A stretch of 63,810 bases of DNA, filler included, from Octopus bimaculoides (taxonomy: Eukaryota), in assembly GCF_001194135.2 (NCBI RefSeq). It is 7 parts of 7 records of this genome, joined end to end, with 100 filler letters (N's around TTAATTAATTAA, not from the genome) between each part and the next. Parts side by side here need not be neighbours in the genome. Positions count along the whole stretch, not along the records: positions 8,939 to 26,374 come from NC_068994.1; 6 more parts are not named here. One strand, given 5' to 3'. The translations under genes and the position numbers were made by a program. The notes beneath the pieces are model-generated. The model searched no databases, was not told the origin of the DNA, and saw nothing but the letters and a program-made list of their open reading frames with translations. Shown here piece after piece: positions 10,748-23,519 of this stretch (position 1 is its first letter; every line of letters starts with the position of its first letter).

Positions 10748-11778
10748 CAAAGTTGTATTCTAAATATTTTGAGACTTTTTCAGGAGGCACTTACGAAGTT
10801 CAAAGAAGTACAAATCTCAAAGGAGTAGGATCCTCTGATTTCAATACACTTGTTGTAGTGCCCCAGCCACTTAGTGAAGGCCCTATCGTAGTCCTCCAAA
10901 GTGAAGGTATCTAGGATACTGGTCACAGCCTCCATCATCTTCAGACCGACTGCTTCCTTCAGCTTGGAGAGCAGTCAAAAATTATAAGGAGCTAGGTCTG
11001 GACTATAGAGAGGATGAGAAACAGTTTTGATGCGTATCTCTGTCAAGAATTTGGTTACCAGGATACTCGTCACTGAGCACCGTGGGGACAAACTTTGCAC
11101 AAATTTTGTGCATGTTCAAATCTTCATGAATAGTTTTGTTTACAGTTTCCAGACCAACTCCAAACAGTATGCTTATTGTCTTTATAGAGACAGGAAAGTC
11201 TTCATGCAGAAAATTGTGAATTTTATCAACCAGCTCAGTGTTCTAGTATCTCACTGCTTCCCACACCTTTTATCATCTCTTTACCAACGTCCTTGAACCA
11301 GTGTAAAAGTTAATTCATAAGCAATCTGGAGCATTTCGTAAGATTCTATAGCGTTGTTATCCAAATTAACACAAAACTTTAGTGCGAGCATCCAGATTGT
11401 CTCCACGTTTAGACTGCATTCTGCAAACAAGTCAGCAGTGGCAAGCACCTAAAAAAGTTTCTCCTAAATAAATCTCAAAACTTCTGGAAAGCACCTTGCA
11501 GTGATGCGTATTGATGAGGATACATGAATAAAGAAGTGCAGAGCAGTTAATGTGGATGGAGTTTGTGGAAGAGATTAACATAGGAAGACATTGGACGCAG
11601 TAGTGAAGGATGGTCTCAGGACCTTTGAACTTCACTAAAGACATGGTAAAGAACTGGGATGACTGGCAATATGTAGTGCCGAGAAAACTCACCCACCTCG
11701 GCCAAACTGACATTTTGGAAGCAGTCTCTCTATATAAACAACTGGGCTCTTGCCCAATTTCCTTTAACTGACCTCTCA
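10748..11778 (-). mobile_element. Degenerate mariner (DD34D type, irritans-like), internally deleted
   Basis: Minus-strand motifs LKFCV, HEDLNMHKICAKFVP, HPLYSPDLAP, FTKWLGHYNKCIE. Ends approximate; TIRs not matched. Confidence 0.8.
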
Positions 11779-11875
11779 ATCATCTACCTAACCGCAGTAT
11801 TCAGCTGCTGTAACTAGCTATCGTTCTCATTACTCGGAACTATTGACATCCAGCCTTCCTTATTTATATGGTCCC

Positions 11876-12022
11876 TAAGGCAATGAACTGGCAGGACCGT
11901 TAGTACACCGGACTAAATGCTTAGCAGCATTTCGTCCGTCTTTACATTCTGAGTTCATATTCCACCGAGGTCGACTCCCCAAAATTTCAGGCCTTGTGCC
12001 TATAATAGAAAGGATTATTATT
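11876..12022 (+). mobile_element. SINE family B copy, internally deleted, with (TAT)n tail
   Basis: CTGGCAGGACCGTTAG...TTCTGAGTTCATATTCCACCGAGGTCGAC...AAATTTCAGGCCTTGTGCC...AGAAAGGATTATTATT. Related copies near 17890, 18500, 33580 and 33960-34130. Confidence 0.8.
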
Positions 12023-13054
12023 ACTAAACACTACCCTGTTGCTCTTCAATCTTTTCTACATTGTTACACATCACCTACTCATCTCATGTATACCTATCAA
12101 CCCTTCACCCGTGCCCTCTGTTCACTACACCTTCCCCTCAACCCTATTCGATCTCTACAGCCATCATCTACTCTTCCTTATCATTTCTCTAACGTATATA
12201 TGTGTGTGTGTGTATGTATCATCGATCACCCCTCAACCCTTGTTCTTCATTTATTATATTCACCGTCATCCATTCCCTGTCTCTAATCCTCCCTCACTCT
12301 TCCCATACACTCTTGCGCCGCCTACCCACTGCACTTTTTGTTTTTCTGTCCTCACTCACTTCTGTTCATCTTGTACCTTCACGGTAGCCCCTGGCATACC
12401 AGCCCCACTATTCCATCTCGATTTCCAGCTTCATCCCGTTTACTCCTATCCACTCTTCTGTTAAGTGATTAGGGTTAGGGTTAGCTCCTCTACAGCAAGC
12501 AAACTCTTCTGTTCTGGCCTCTTCTTTCGTACTTTAATCTGCCATCTCCTAGCACAAAACCGACTCCTTCTCAACTGTAGCACCATTCATTCGCAAGGGA
12601 TCATAGTCTTTCAGGCTGCATGGCGACCTCATGAGTGCAGGTGCCATATATAAAAAAAAAAAACACCTAATAGACTCTGTAAAATGATTAGTATTAGGAA
12701 GGGCATCTAGCCGTAAAGTCCTTGCCAAAATGGACATAGGAGTACGATGGAGTCCTTGGATCAGTGGATTCTTCAATTTGTCCATTCTGTGCCGGCATGG
12801 CAGATTGACGTTAAAAGACACTGATGATACATACATACATACATACATACATGTGTGTACGTACACACACACACACATACATATATAAATATATAAATGT
12901 ATATATATNNNNNNNNNNNNNNNNNNNNNNNNNNNNNNNNNNNNNNNNNNNNNNNNNNNNNNNNNNNNNNNNNNNNNNNNNNNNNNNNNNNNNNNNNNNN
13001 NNNNNNNNNNNNNNNNNNNNNNNNNNNNNNNNNNNNNNNNNNNNNNNNNNNNNN

Positions 13055-13086
<32 letters not shown>

Positions 13087-14088
13087 ACATACGCATGCGA
13101 GTAAATTTTGTGTATGTATATTTAAGTAAACGCGCATGCACGCACGCACGCACACACATGAAAAGCAATGTGTGTGTGTGTGCGTAAATGCTGCTGGTCG
13201 CCGAAATAATCCTGGTTAATCGAAGTTTTCCAGCTCCCTATATTACATGTGTGATATTACCGTATGTGTATTTAGTATGGAGAAGACTCCACTGTCATAC
13301 CTGTACATAATATATATGACATACATATACCGCATATGAACATAAATACACTATTACATATGTAAACAAATACACTGCCTCACTGAATCATATACATATA
13401 GAAGAGTCTACACACACATATTTACAAGTTATGCGTGTGTGTGTGTGTGTGTGCGTACGTGCTTACGTTCGTGTGTATGTGTGTATAGATATAAATATGC
13501 ATTTATGCATACTCACATTTGTTTACGTAAACATAATACTCGGATATATTTAAATACACCAACATGCACGTACAAACACAGGTAAACATACAATAATTAT
13601 ATAAGTACGTATGTTTACGCATAGATACATACATATGTATATATAATCCAAGGCAAATATATACACATATATATAATACATGCATATCTACAAGTATTTA
13701 TGTTTACCAATGTATTCATGCTCGCATGCAAATTCTTACATATTTTTAGGTATGTTTACACACAGAAAAATACAAACATATACACACGCTCGCATGCACA
13801 TTTTATTACACCTTACATTCATGCAAGACATTAAAAGACAAAAAATGCATATATATACAGGTATCTATGTTTATACACATGCACAGACGCTTGGACGTAC
13901 AAAGATTCAAACTCACACACGCGCGATGTGGATACGCTTACACAATCGTAAATTGGGATAAACACATTCTCCTCCTCCTCCGCTTCTTCTCTTTCTCTCA
14001 CACACACATACACAGAAACGGTATATGTTTAGACAAACAGAAGTGTATGTGCAGTGATACATAATCACACATATCTAAACATATGTGT

Positions 14089-14133
<45 letters not shown>

Positions 14134-14808
14134 NNNNNNNNNNNNNNNNNNNNNNNNNNNNNNNNNNNNNNNNNNNNNNNNNNNNNNNNNNNNNNNNNNN
14201 NNNNNNNNNNNNNNNNNNNNNNNNNNNNNNNNNNNNNNNNNNNNNNNNNNNNNNNNNNNNNNNNNNNNNNNNNNNNNNNNNNNNNNNNNNNNNNNNNNNN
14301 NNNNNNNNNNNNNNNNNNNNNNNNNNNNNNNNNNNNNNNNNNNNNNNNNNNNNNNNNNNNNNNNNNNNNNNNNNNNNNNNNNNNNNNNNNNNNNNNNNNN
14401 NNNNNNNNNNNNNNNNNNNNNNNNNNNNNNNNNNNNNNNNNNNNNNNNNNNNNNNNNNNNNNNNNNNNNNNNNNNNNNNNNNNNNNNNNNNNNNNNNNNN
14501 NNNNNNNNNNNNNNNNNNNNNNNNNNNNNNNNNNNNNNNNNNNNNNNNNNNNNNNNNNNNNNNNNNNNNNNNNNNNNNNNNNNNNNNNNNNNNNNNNNNN
14601 NNNNNNNNNNNNNNNNNNNNNNNNNNNNNNNNNNNNNNNNNNNNNNNNNNNNNNNNNNNNNNNNNNNNNNNNNNNNNNNNNNNNNNNNNNNNNNNNNNNN
14701 NNNNNNNNNNNNNNNNNNNNNNNNNNNNNNNNNNNNNNNNNNNNNNNNNNNNNNNNNNNNNNNNNNNNNNNNNNNNNNNNNNNNNNNNNNNNNNNNNNNN
14801 NNNNNNNN

Positions 14809-15449
14809 ACGACGATGACGATGGTGCTGCTATTGCTGCAGGTGATGATGACAACAATGGTGATGACGGTGATGGCAGTAGCGATCACAGCAATAACAAC
14901 AACGACAACAAACGACGGCAACAACATGAAAACCGCAATCATCACAAACAACATCATCACCATCATCAACAACACAACCATAACAAAAGCAACAACAACA
15001 ACAACAACAACCATAATCAAAATAATTACAACGATACAACAGGTGTTCGACCCACGGCCACATCTTCGGACGACCACCGTCATCACCACCATCGCCACCA
15101 TAACGACACCAACGAAAACAGCAACAGCAACAAAGCCAACGAGAATGAAGAGAGGGATGTTGGCAGAGGCCCATGGGAGGAAAGTGTATATTTAGGAAAG
15201 GGCAAAAGTACAGGTGATGATAGTGTTAGCCCTGTTCCTCCCCCTCCATCATCGTCATCATCATCATCAACATCGACATCGTCATCGTCATCATCATCGT
15301 CATCATCATCATCGTCATTATCATCATCATCATCATCATCAAAGACAGAAAGTAAAAGAGAAGGTCAGAGTCTGTTGACAAGTTATGTCAATCTCCCTGA
15401 TTGGAATCATAATGAAGCTATCGTTCACTGGTCCGGCAACAAAAGCAAT
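14809..15449 (+). CDS. Probable host exon (5' end lost in gap): D/N/H/S-rich low-complexity region ending in SLLTSYVNLPDWNHNEAIVHWSGNKSN
   Basis: About 213 uninterrupted codons mixing trinucleotide tracts with ordinary coding sequence, closed by a phase-0 consensus donor AAT|GTAAGT at 15450. Protein not recognised. Confidence 0.65.
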
Positions 15450-15510
15450 GTAAGTTATATTTAACTGTTTTAACTTCAATATCAATGTCCTTATTTTTAT
15501 GTAACTCCCA

Positions 15511-15542
<32 letters not shown>

Positions 15543-15766
15543 TTTGTGTGTGTGTGTTATAACTGTTTCTTTTTCCTTTCTTCTCTCTCTCTGTCTCTCT
15601 CTCTCCGTGGTAAACATATATCGCTGTGTGTGTGTGTGTGTGTGTTCCAGCATGGCTTTGCTTTACATAATTAAAATGAATTTTAAAAATTCAAAGAACA
15701 TGTACACACTGCCACGTGCACACATATAGAGGTGTGTGTAAGTTTGTGTCTATACATTCATTTTCT

Positions 15767-15815
<49 letters not shown>

Positions 15816-18800
15816 CATGAATACACACACACACATCTACAAAAGAACTGGTCTTAAAATTTTACAAAATGCTACTGTTTATAGAATCCATGTATGAAGT
15901 TGTGGTCTTCATGCTGAGCAAGTAGGCATCATTACATAAGTTGATGAATCATTTCTTTGATTGATAGAATGAAAAAAAAAAAAATGAAAACTGGATCACC
16001 AACAACTCCACTTACCAGAAACTTCCTTCAGTTATCCCACACATTCACTGAGAAGGAAGCCATGATCATCACTACTTCTATTTTCCCCTCTCATGTAAAT
16101 TTAATAGATTTACTTTCTAGACTAGGCAACCAAGTAAAATATCATTATTAGTGGTTTTAAAATTTTATTTTATGATTTATCTAAGGTGAAAGGCTGTAGT
16201 CCTCACCTTAGCTGATCGTCTGGGACTCATAAAATTGATTGGCTTTATGTTTGTGGAAAAAGTTGTGCAGAAACGGTGGGAACAGAACAAGGTTTAGTTT
16301 TGTTGTCCTTATGTTTTAAGTTCTAATATTGCTGTATCTCACTTTCATATTTACATGTCCTAGGTCTATAAAATATATACAGGATACTAGATCTTTTTTA
16401 ACTTCAAGTCATCCTTGAACAAGTAGATCTATCGTCAAAGGAATTCTAACCATGACTATCCCGTCTGTGTTTCTTGAATATCTGAGATGTTATCTAGTAT
16501 ATTCTTCCCTTGGATGATCAGTTGTGAGTTAAAGGAAGATTTTACTGTTATTTGTATCAAGTTGTGGAATCTCATAGAGGCATCCTCATTGGTTTGTATA
16601 GATACCAGTAATTTCATGTGGTTATTTCATGCATTTATGTTTGTTTACTTTGGAAATTGTCCCCCCGTGGATGTTGTTTGGAATGCCTTGTGGCTAAGGA
16701 ATATATCTGCCAGGTACTAATGATGGTGGTGCTTGACCAGCACAGTTTTTCTAGATACACAGATATTGTGCATCTAGAACTACAATATCCAATGGGTCTT
16801 TGTTTTTTTAAGTGAAATATAACTGTTGTTTCTAGCAGGACAGATGATTGATGTGGTAATGGTGTAAAATCTATATATGCCCACCTCAACAAAGCCCTAT
16901 TTATTTTTTAAGGAACAATGTTGTGGTTCAGATTTATGGTGTTAACTGGATGAGAGTTCAGTCTGCTCCAGGTTAGAGCAGTAATCTTTAGTTGGCATTT
17001 CTAGATACTCCAGTACCTATCCTGACTTGTGTTGAATAAAGTATTCTGTCTACATACACGATGTAACTCTCATTAACATCAGATATGAATTCATAACCAG
17101 TATGTATCAAATACTTTATCTACTCACTCACCCTGCCTCTCCACCTTGCACAGACACACAGACAGATTGTTTTTATAGTCTTGTATATATTGGATTGTTA
17201 TCTAAGACTGGATGGTCACAGACTGGTCTACTCCTGGCTGTGAAGTTGCAGGATAAAGTATTCCTCTGACTAGAAACACAACAGAACATCACCATGGATT
17301 TGAACCTTTGCCCTCTGAGCTGGACATTTAACTTCTTCACAACTTAGGGCTGTCTTATCTCTGGCTATATCCTAGTATCTCAGATAAGTGCATCAGAACA
17401 TGGTAACCTTACTCTACCATCCATGCTTGCTCTGCATCATGTGGCATTAGTTTCACTTCTATTGTATGGTACTAGGGTTTCTTCTACATTACCTCTATCA
17501 TGGTCTTGGGGCAATCATAGTATTGTGAGTCGATTTGGTAGATGGAAGCTGTGTAAGAGCATATTGGGAGGCACAGATATGATCATGGATGGTTGATTTA
17601 ATCAGTTACCTGGTTTAACACAACTGAATACCTTTTGTAGAGCCTTGTTCATTTTGTAACTTTCTGATGTCAGGACAACTTCCTCTTTTCTTACCACATG
17701 TCAAAGATCCTAAGGAGCATAGATACTGTCCTTCTTTACTATCACTAAATGTTCTAAGTCAGGTTTCAATGTCCAGTTGTGAGCTATTTTCACTTCAGTT
17801 CCATCACTAGTATACTTAGGAAATGAATGAATCATATTTCTAATTAGAACATACTTTGTTGTTCGAAATATGCTGTCTTTCACAGTGGATTGGCAGAGTC
17901 AGTAGAGCTCTGGGTAAAATTTCTCGAAGTATTCAGTGACAGTCTTTTATGTTCTGAGTTCAAATTCTGTCAACATCAATTTTTCATTTTGTCCTTTCTG
18001 TGTTGTTAAAGTAATAAAGTTAATAAGTATTAGTCATATACTGAGGTCAATTTAATGAACCACACCCTCATCCCACTGAATTTGTGACTATACATATAAC
18101 ACACACACATACACATACACACACATGTGTACATGAATAAATACACACATATGCTCACACACATGTACACACATACATGCACATACTTATATGCATATAT
18201 ATATACATGCACACATACTCTAATACTTACATATATTCACATACATTGACAAGACATTTACGTGTATATACTTACACATACACATACATACTAATACTCA
18301 TACACGTGTGCCCACTCATTCATACATGCAAAAATACCTCAAAACAATTGTGCAAGTGTTGCTGTTGTGAAACAGAAATGATGTTGATTGAGAAAATAAA
18401 TTAGTTTCTTAATTAGTTTAGCTTAGTTACATTTTGTTTTGTCTTTTTTGAATTATTATATTTTATTTTTTTTATTATTTACAAATATTTGGTAAGTAAT
18501 TAAGAGAACTGGTAAAGTGTCAAACAAAATGCTTTGCAGTATTCATTCTATCTCTTTATGTTCTGAGTTCAAATTCCACCTAGATAAACTTTGTTTTTCC
18601 CTGGGTTGGTAAAGTACTGGTCAAATACTGTGGTCAGAGTAATCAACTAAAATGTGTCCCACCAAATTTCTGGCTTTGTGCTTATGCAAGAAAAAGTCAT
18701 TAATAGAAAACTTTTTACTGCTCCCTTTCTCTCTTATACAGTTTCTTTTTCCCCTCTTCACTCTTTCCTTCCCTTCCTCCTTCTCTTTCTCTCTCTCTCT

Positions 18801-19212
18801 CTCTTGTTTCATTTTTTTCTTTCACTTGTTATTAATCGTTCTCCCACCTTTTCTATCTTCTAAATCCTCATCTTCCTTTATCTTTCTCTGACTCTACCAC
18901 TATTGCTCTGTCTCCACTCTTATTTATCATTCTCCACCCCTATCTGCCACTGTTTATCCCTGTTTATTACTGTCCACTCTGATCTGTTGTTCTGCTGCTT
19001 TATTATACTCTTTCATAGTTTCTGATTCTCTGTATGTGCGTATATAAGTGTGTACGTGCGCAGATGTGCATCAGTATGTGTGTATATATGAGTGAGAATA
19101 TGCATGTGTGTATATGCATATGTGTATGCTTGTATATGTATATAGATGTGTGAAAGCATGAATGTGTATAGATGTATGTATGCACCTGTGAGTGGATGTG
19201 TGTGTGTGCATA

Positions 19213-20074
19213 CAGGATGCAGTGTATGTATTGTCATCTAAATTACACAAAAATGAAAATAACACTGACATCTCATTTCAACAGATAGATTTACCAAAAT
19301 TACATTAAAATATCCTGAAATACTAGAGAGTAAATTCATTAAATAAAAAAACCATTGGCTTTCACCATGGCCTCCAGACAACTTTGGAATCTTCTTCAAC
19401 TCTTCTGGACAGTCTCCTTGTTTAAGTTGGTGAATGCTGCCATGATCCTTGCCTTCAGTTCATCTTTGGTGTTACAAGGAGTTTTGTTGGTTTCTTGCTC
19501 AACTGCACCCCACACATAATAATCAAGGGGCTTACAGTCTGGGGAGTTAGGTGCCCAGATGTTAGAGGTGATGTAGTCACAGAAATTGTCTGACAGCCAT
19601 GACTGGGTTCTCCTGCTTGGTGCGGAGTTGTGTTGCCAGATATAGGATCTTCTAGCAGCCATCCCCTTGACCCAGGGCAGCACCACCTCCTCCAGGCACT
19701 TGATGTAGGCCCCTGTGTTGAGTCTGAGGCCATGAAGATAAATGGATGCAAAATGTCACCATCACTAGTGATTACTTCAAACACCATAATGTTGTTTGAT
19801 TTTTATCACTCATGTCCTCAGATTGCACTGTCCCCCGATTGACACCCAAACACTTTGAAATGTTCGTATTGGAGCTTCCAGTATGAATGCCAAGCAGTAC
19901 AGCATGTCGTTTCCAAATTTCTGGCAGAGTGAATTGCATCATGGTGCTGTTTTTCTCACAGACAGTACTCAACTGACCCTACCATACTTGTGTAGTTGGC
20001 AAAATCAAAAACGAACGATGCACATGCACGAAATTAAAGATATAAAATGGTGACAATTTACCCATCACATCCTG
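19213..20074 (-). mobile_element. maT/DD37D-like Tc1-mariner element, internally deleted
   Basis: Partial TIRs starting CAGGATG at both ends with TA flanks. Motifs MVFEVITSDG, SRRTQSWLSDNF, IWAPNSPDCKPLDYYVWG, NTKDELKARI. The second catalytic D is lost, so the spacing class is inferred from family resemblance. Confidence 0.85.
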
Positions 20075-20519
20075 TACTTATGTATAAATATGTATATATA
20101 TGGATGTTTATTCTTGTATTCAAATATGAATGTTTATGTGTATGTACACTTGTATATATATGTTTGTGTGTGTGTGTGTGTGTGTGCGTGTGTGCATGCA
20201 TTTCTTTCTTTGGGATATAGTTAAATTGTTCTTCATTTGCAGAATTCAAGCTGGTCACTAACAAAGTGACAAGGCTGTTTTGTGTAAGTCAAGACAGCTC
20301 TTGGGATTTTTGGTTATTTGAATTTATTGATGTATGTGTGTGTGTGTGTTAAGCAGATGTGTGCATGTATGCAGATAAATTTGTACTCCTGTAATGGATA
20401 TGCATGACACATTAATACACAAGTCTGTGTACTTCATGGCCTATTTATGTATGTGTGTATCATATGTATATGTGATTGCGTGTATATTTTCACTTAGGAA
20501 CATCAAATGGAGTGTCCCT

Positions 20520-21240
20520 GAAATGTTTTATAAAATTTTCACTGTTCCTCTAATTGATTGTATCTGGAGAATGTGAAGCAGTTTGCTCTGTTATTACTTT
20601 GGAGAACTTGAGCATTTGTAGGTTTCTATGCAGATGCATTATTACATAGTCCAGTGCAACTGTGATAATAGGTACCAATGAAAATCTGTAGTCTGGATAT
20701 AAGTGCTGTGCGTTTCTTGTTAGTTTTCTATAGATGTTCACTTTTTCTCCAGTTTTTTAATGAGAAATTCATATCAGTAGGCTGCTGGTGTCTTTTACTC
20801 CCTCTCCTATACAACAATATCTGGCCTGTTGTGCTTACACCATCTTGCTGTTTATATTAGAATGTTTCATCTGTATTCTTCATTTTTTAGTAGTCATGGA
20901 TAATTTCTGGTTCTTGTATGCCTTTGGTATTACTTATTGGACAATCCTTCCAGTGTGTAGCATTATAGACTGTCTTAACTACAGTGTCATGTCTCATGAG
21001 AAAGTAATATCTTTCAGACATTTTTGGACAGCTGCTGATGGTATGGCTAATATCTTCCAGGCTTGTATTGTACAATCAGCATCAATTTCTGTCACAACAT
21101 GGAAAATCCAGAGACATCCTTATTTCACTTGTTGATCAGGTATTTTGTAGTTATCTCCTATTCTTGGTCAGCAAATGTGTAACCTTTTAGTTCAGATGTG
21201 ATGTACTTCTCACAGGTCCAGATGAGGCTACAACTCTTTC
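20520..21240 (-). mobile_element. R4/Dong-like non-LTR retrotransposon, zinc-knuckle and restriction-like endonuclease region (degenerate)
   Basis: Minus strand ITSELKGYTFADQE, EDISHTISSCPKMSERYYFLMRHD, KHNRPDIVV (PD-D/ExK), YPDYRFSLVPII. Confidence 0.8.
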
Positions 21241-21289
21241 CATTGTTGTTGGTTTTCTCTGGCTTGTAAGATATGACGTCCTGCATAAC

Positions 21290-21887
21290 TCTTTGCTGTA
21301 TCCTTTATCTACTACTTGTTTCAGCTTAGACTACAGCTGTGCTGGGACACCACCTTGAATTTTTTAGTTGAATGAATCAACCTCAGTACTTCATTTTTAA
21401 GCTTGGTATTTATTCTATTGGTCTTTTTTGTCAAACCACTAAGTTATGGGGATGTAAACACACCAACACCGGTTGTCAAGTGGTGGTGGTGGTGGGGGAC
21501 AAACACAGATAGAAAGACACACACATTGATATACAATGTCGTAATTGCTCAAAATATGGAGTAGATAAACAGCTGACAACTGATGAAGGTTTGTTCTTTA
21601 TGTTACTTGTCTTGTTTTCCATTTGTTTCTTTCGTTGTTCGGAAAACAAGTTCATAGTCCATGTTTTTGTATTTCGTATTTCATGTTGTTTATGTTTTAT
21701 GATGTCCTGTACCCATATATGCATATGTATATACATATATATGTAAGCATGTACATATATGTATGTATATAATCATATATATATATATTTTATTTGTATT
21801 ATGTCTATAGATATATGTGTATATATATATATTCCACTCATGTCAACATGGAAGGTGGATGTTAAACAATAATGATGATGATGATGA

Positions 21888-21984
<97 letters not shown>

Positions 21985-22140
21985 GCTTCTTTCAGTTTCT
22001 GTCTAACAAATCCATTCACAAGGCTTTGGTTGGCTCAAGGCAATAGTAGAAAATACATGCCCAAGGTGCCTCACTGTGGGACTGAACCTGGAACCATGTG
22101 GTTGGGAAGTAAGTTTCTTACTACACAGCCATGCCTGCAC
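21290..22140 (-). mobile_element. SINE family A copy with CpG decay, interrupted by inserted sequence and (TA)n
   Basis: 3' part about 21290-21510 and head about 21985-22140 match the 34696-35092 copy, with CpG to TpG/CpA changes. Confidence 0.85.
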
Positions 22141-22369
22141 CTGTATGATGTGCCTGTATGATGAGTATTTCTTTTTTGCAAGTCTCTGGTGAAGTATGTC
22201 AATCCATTACCCTCCCCCTAGTTCACATGGAACAGCTGTTGACTCAATACTTCCTCAGGTGTTCTTCACCTAATCTCATGGTATTTTTACTCTTTCTCTG
22301 TTGAATATATATATATATGATGCACTTCTATCTTCTTCACTGTTTAGCCAGTGTTGTCTAAGCACTTAT

Positions 22370-22540
22370 GCATCTATCTCCATCACTCCACTTTTACATA
22401 GATCATGCCAGTGTCACTGTTGATGTGGAAATTACCAGTGCTTGTTAGTATCTTCCTTGTCCTGATGTTCAAGTTACAGATTTCATCAAGTGTCATATTC
22501 ACACTTTGTGTATATGTTTTACATGGCCACAATCAAATGA
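22370..22540 (-). mobile_element. R4/Dong-like upstream fragment (post-RT region), probably the same element as 20520-21240
   Basis: NMTLDEICNLNIRTRKILTSTGNFHINSD resembles the R4-clade motif D.KTRK.LT..G.FH..SD.DRLY. Confidence 0.7.
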
Positions 22541-22844
22541 TTGAAACGAGTGAAAGAATAAAAGAATATTTGCGTATGATGTTTGCATGTGTGTATGTCT
22601 TATGTATAAATCTATGTATATCTGTATGTGTCTCTTATGTATACATGTATGTCTGTATGTAAATGTTTATGTCTGTAATATATGTAATCCTGTATTTGAT
22701 GTTTAATTTCTCTCCATCTTTTATCCGTACCTCCCTTGCATTCTCTGTATGTCTTTCTTCCCCCAACACACACTTATATACATGTACATATACACTCACA
22801 TGTGTATGTCTAACACACAATTTTTATATATTTTATTTTTATAT

Positions 22845-23043
22845 ATTCAAGAGATGAGGAATTATGTACATTATTTATATTATTTACATTTGACAGATAT
22901 TTGTCCTCATCTTGTTTGTTGTTAACACGTTTTGGTTGATATACCCTCCAGCCTTCATCAGGTGTCTTGGGGGAAATTTTGAACCTGGGTTCTCATTCCT
23001 AAGGTATTTTTCGATGTTGTTGTTGTTGTTGTTGTTGTTGTTA

Positions 23044-23091
<48 letters not shown>

Positions 23092-23161
23092 TCTCTGCCT
23101 GAAATCAAACTCGGAATCTTGGGGTTAGTAGCCTGTGCTCTTAACCATGATGCCACATGCT
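22845..23161 (-). mobile_element. tRNA-headed short element with internal (AAT/AAC)n and a hammerhead-containing tail
   Basis: Minus strand: A-box-like TGGCATCATGG, anticodon-arm-like GGCTACTAACCC, B-box-like GAGTTTGATTTC, microsatellite, then GACAC-CTGATGA-AGGCTG...CAACC-AAAAC-GTGTT and an (AAATAATGT)-like tail. Confidence 0.75.
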
Positions 23162-23360
23162 AAGATTCTGAGTTCAATTCCAGGCAGTGACCTGAATAAT
23201 AGTAATAATAATAACAACATCGAAAATTACCTTAGGAATGAGAACCCAGGTTCGAAATTTCCCCAAGACACCTGATGAAGGCTGGAGTGTATATCAGCCG
23301 AAACGTGTTAACAACAAACAAGATGAGGACAAATACCTGTCAAATGTAAATAATGTAAAT
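22873..23360. repeat. Long inverted repeat (arms 22873-23120 and 23162-23360, 41-bp loop)
   Basis: The right arm is a 5'-truncated plus-strand copy of the same element. Arms differ in microsatellite length and several CpG positions. Confidence 0.95.
23267..23309 (+). ncRNA. Hammerhead-derived motif lacking the cleavage triplet
   Basis: GACAC-CTGATGA-A-GGCTG(loop)CAGCC-GAAAC-GTGTT. Stem I GACAC:GTGTT and stem II are intact, but there is no GUH between GAAAC and stem I. Confidence 0.65.
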
Positions 23361-23519
23361 TTTTATATATGTATATAATTATTATACCTAAAGTTGACAG
23401 TCTACTCTGAGTTTTGTCCTTGGCTGTTCAAGACTGTAAGGTAGAAATTCTCATATATGATGGCATATAAGATGCACTTTTTCTTGAAAAAAAATATCTC
23501 AAAATCATCCTGGCTTCTA

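Noticed and set aside
16430-16940. Minus-strand coding-like relic
   Set aside because: Many stops and no motif I can assign to a family.
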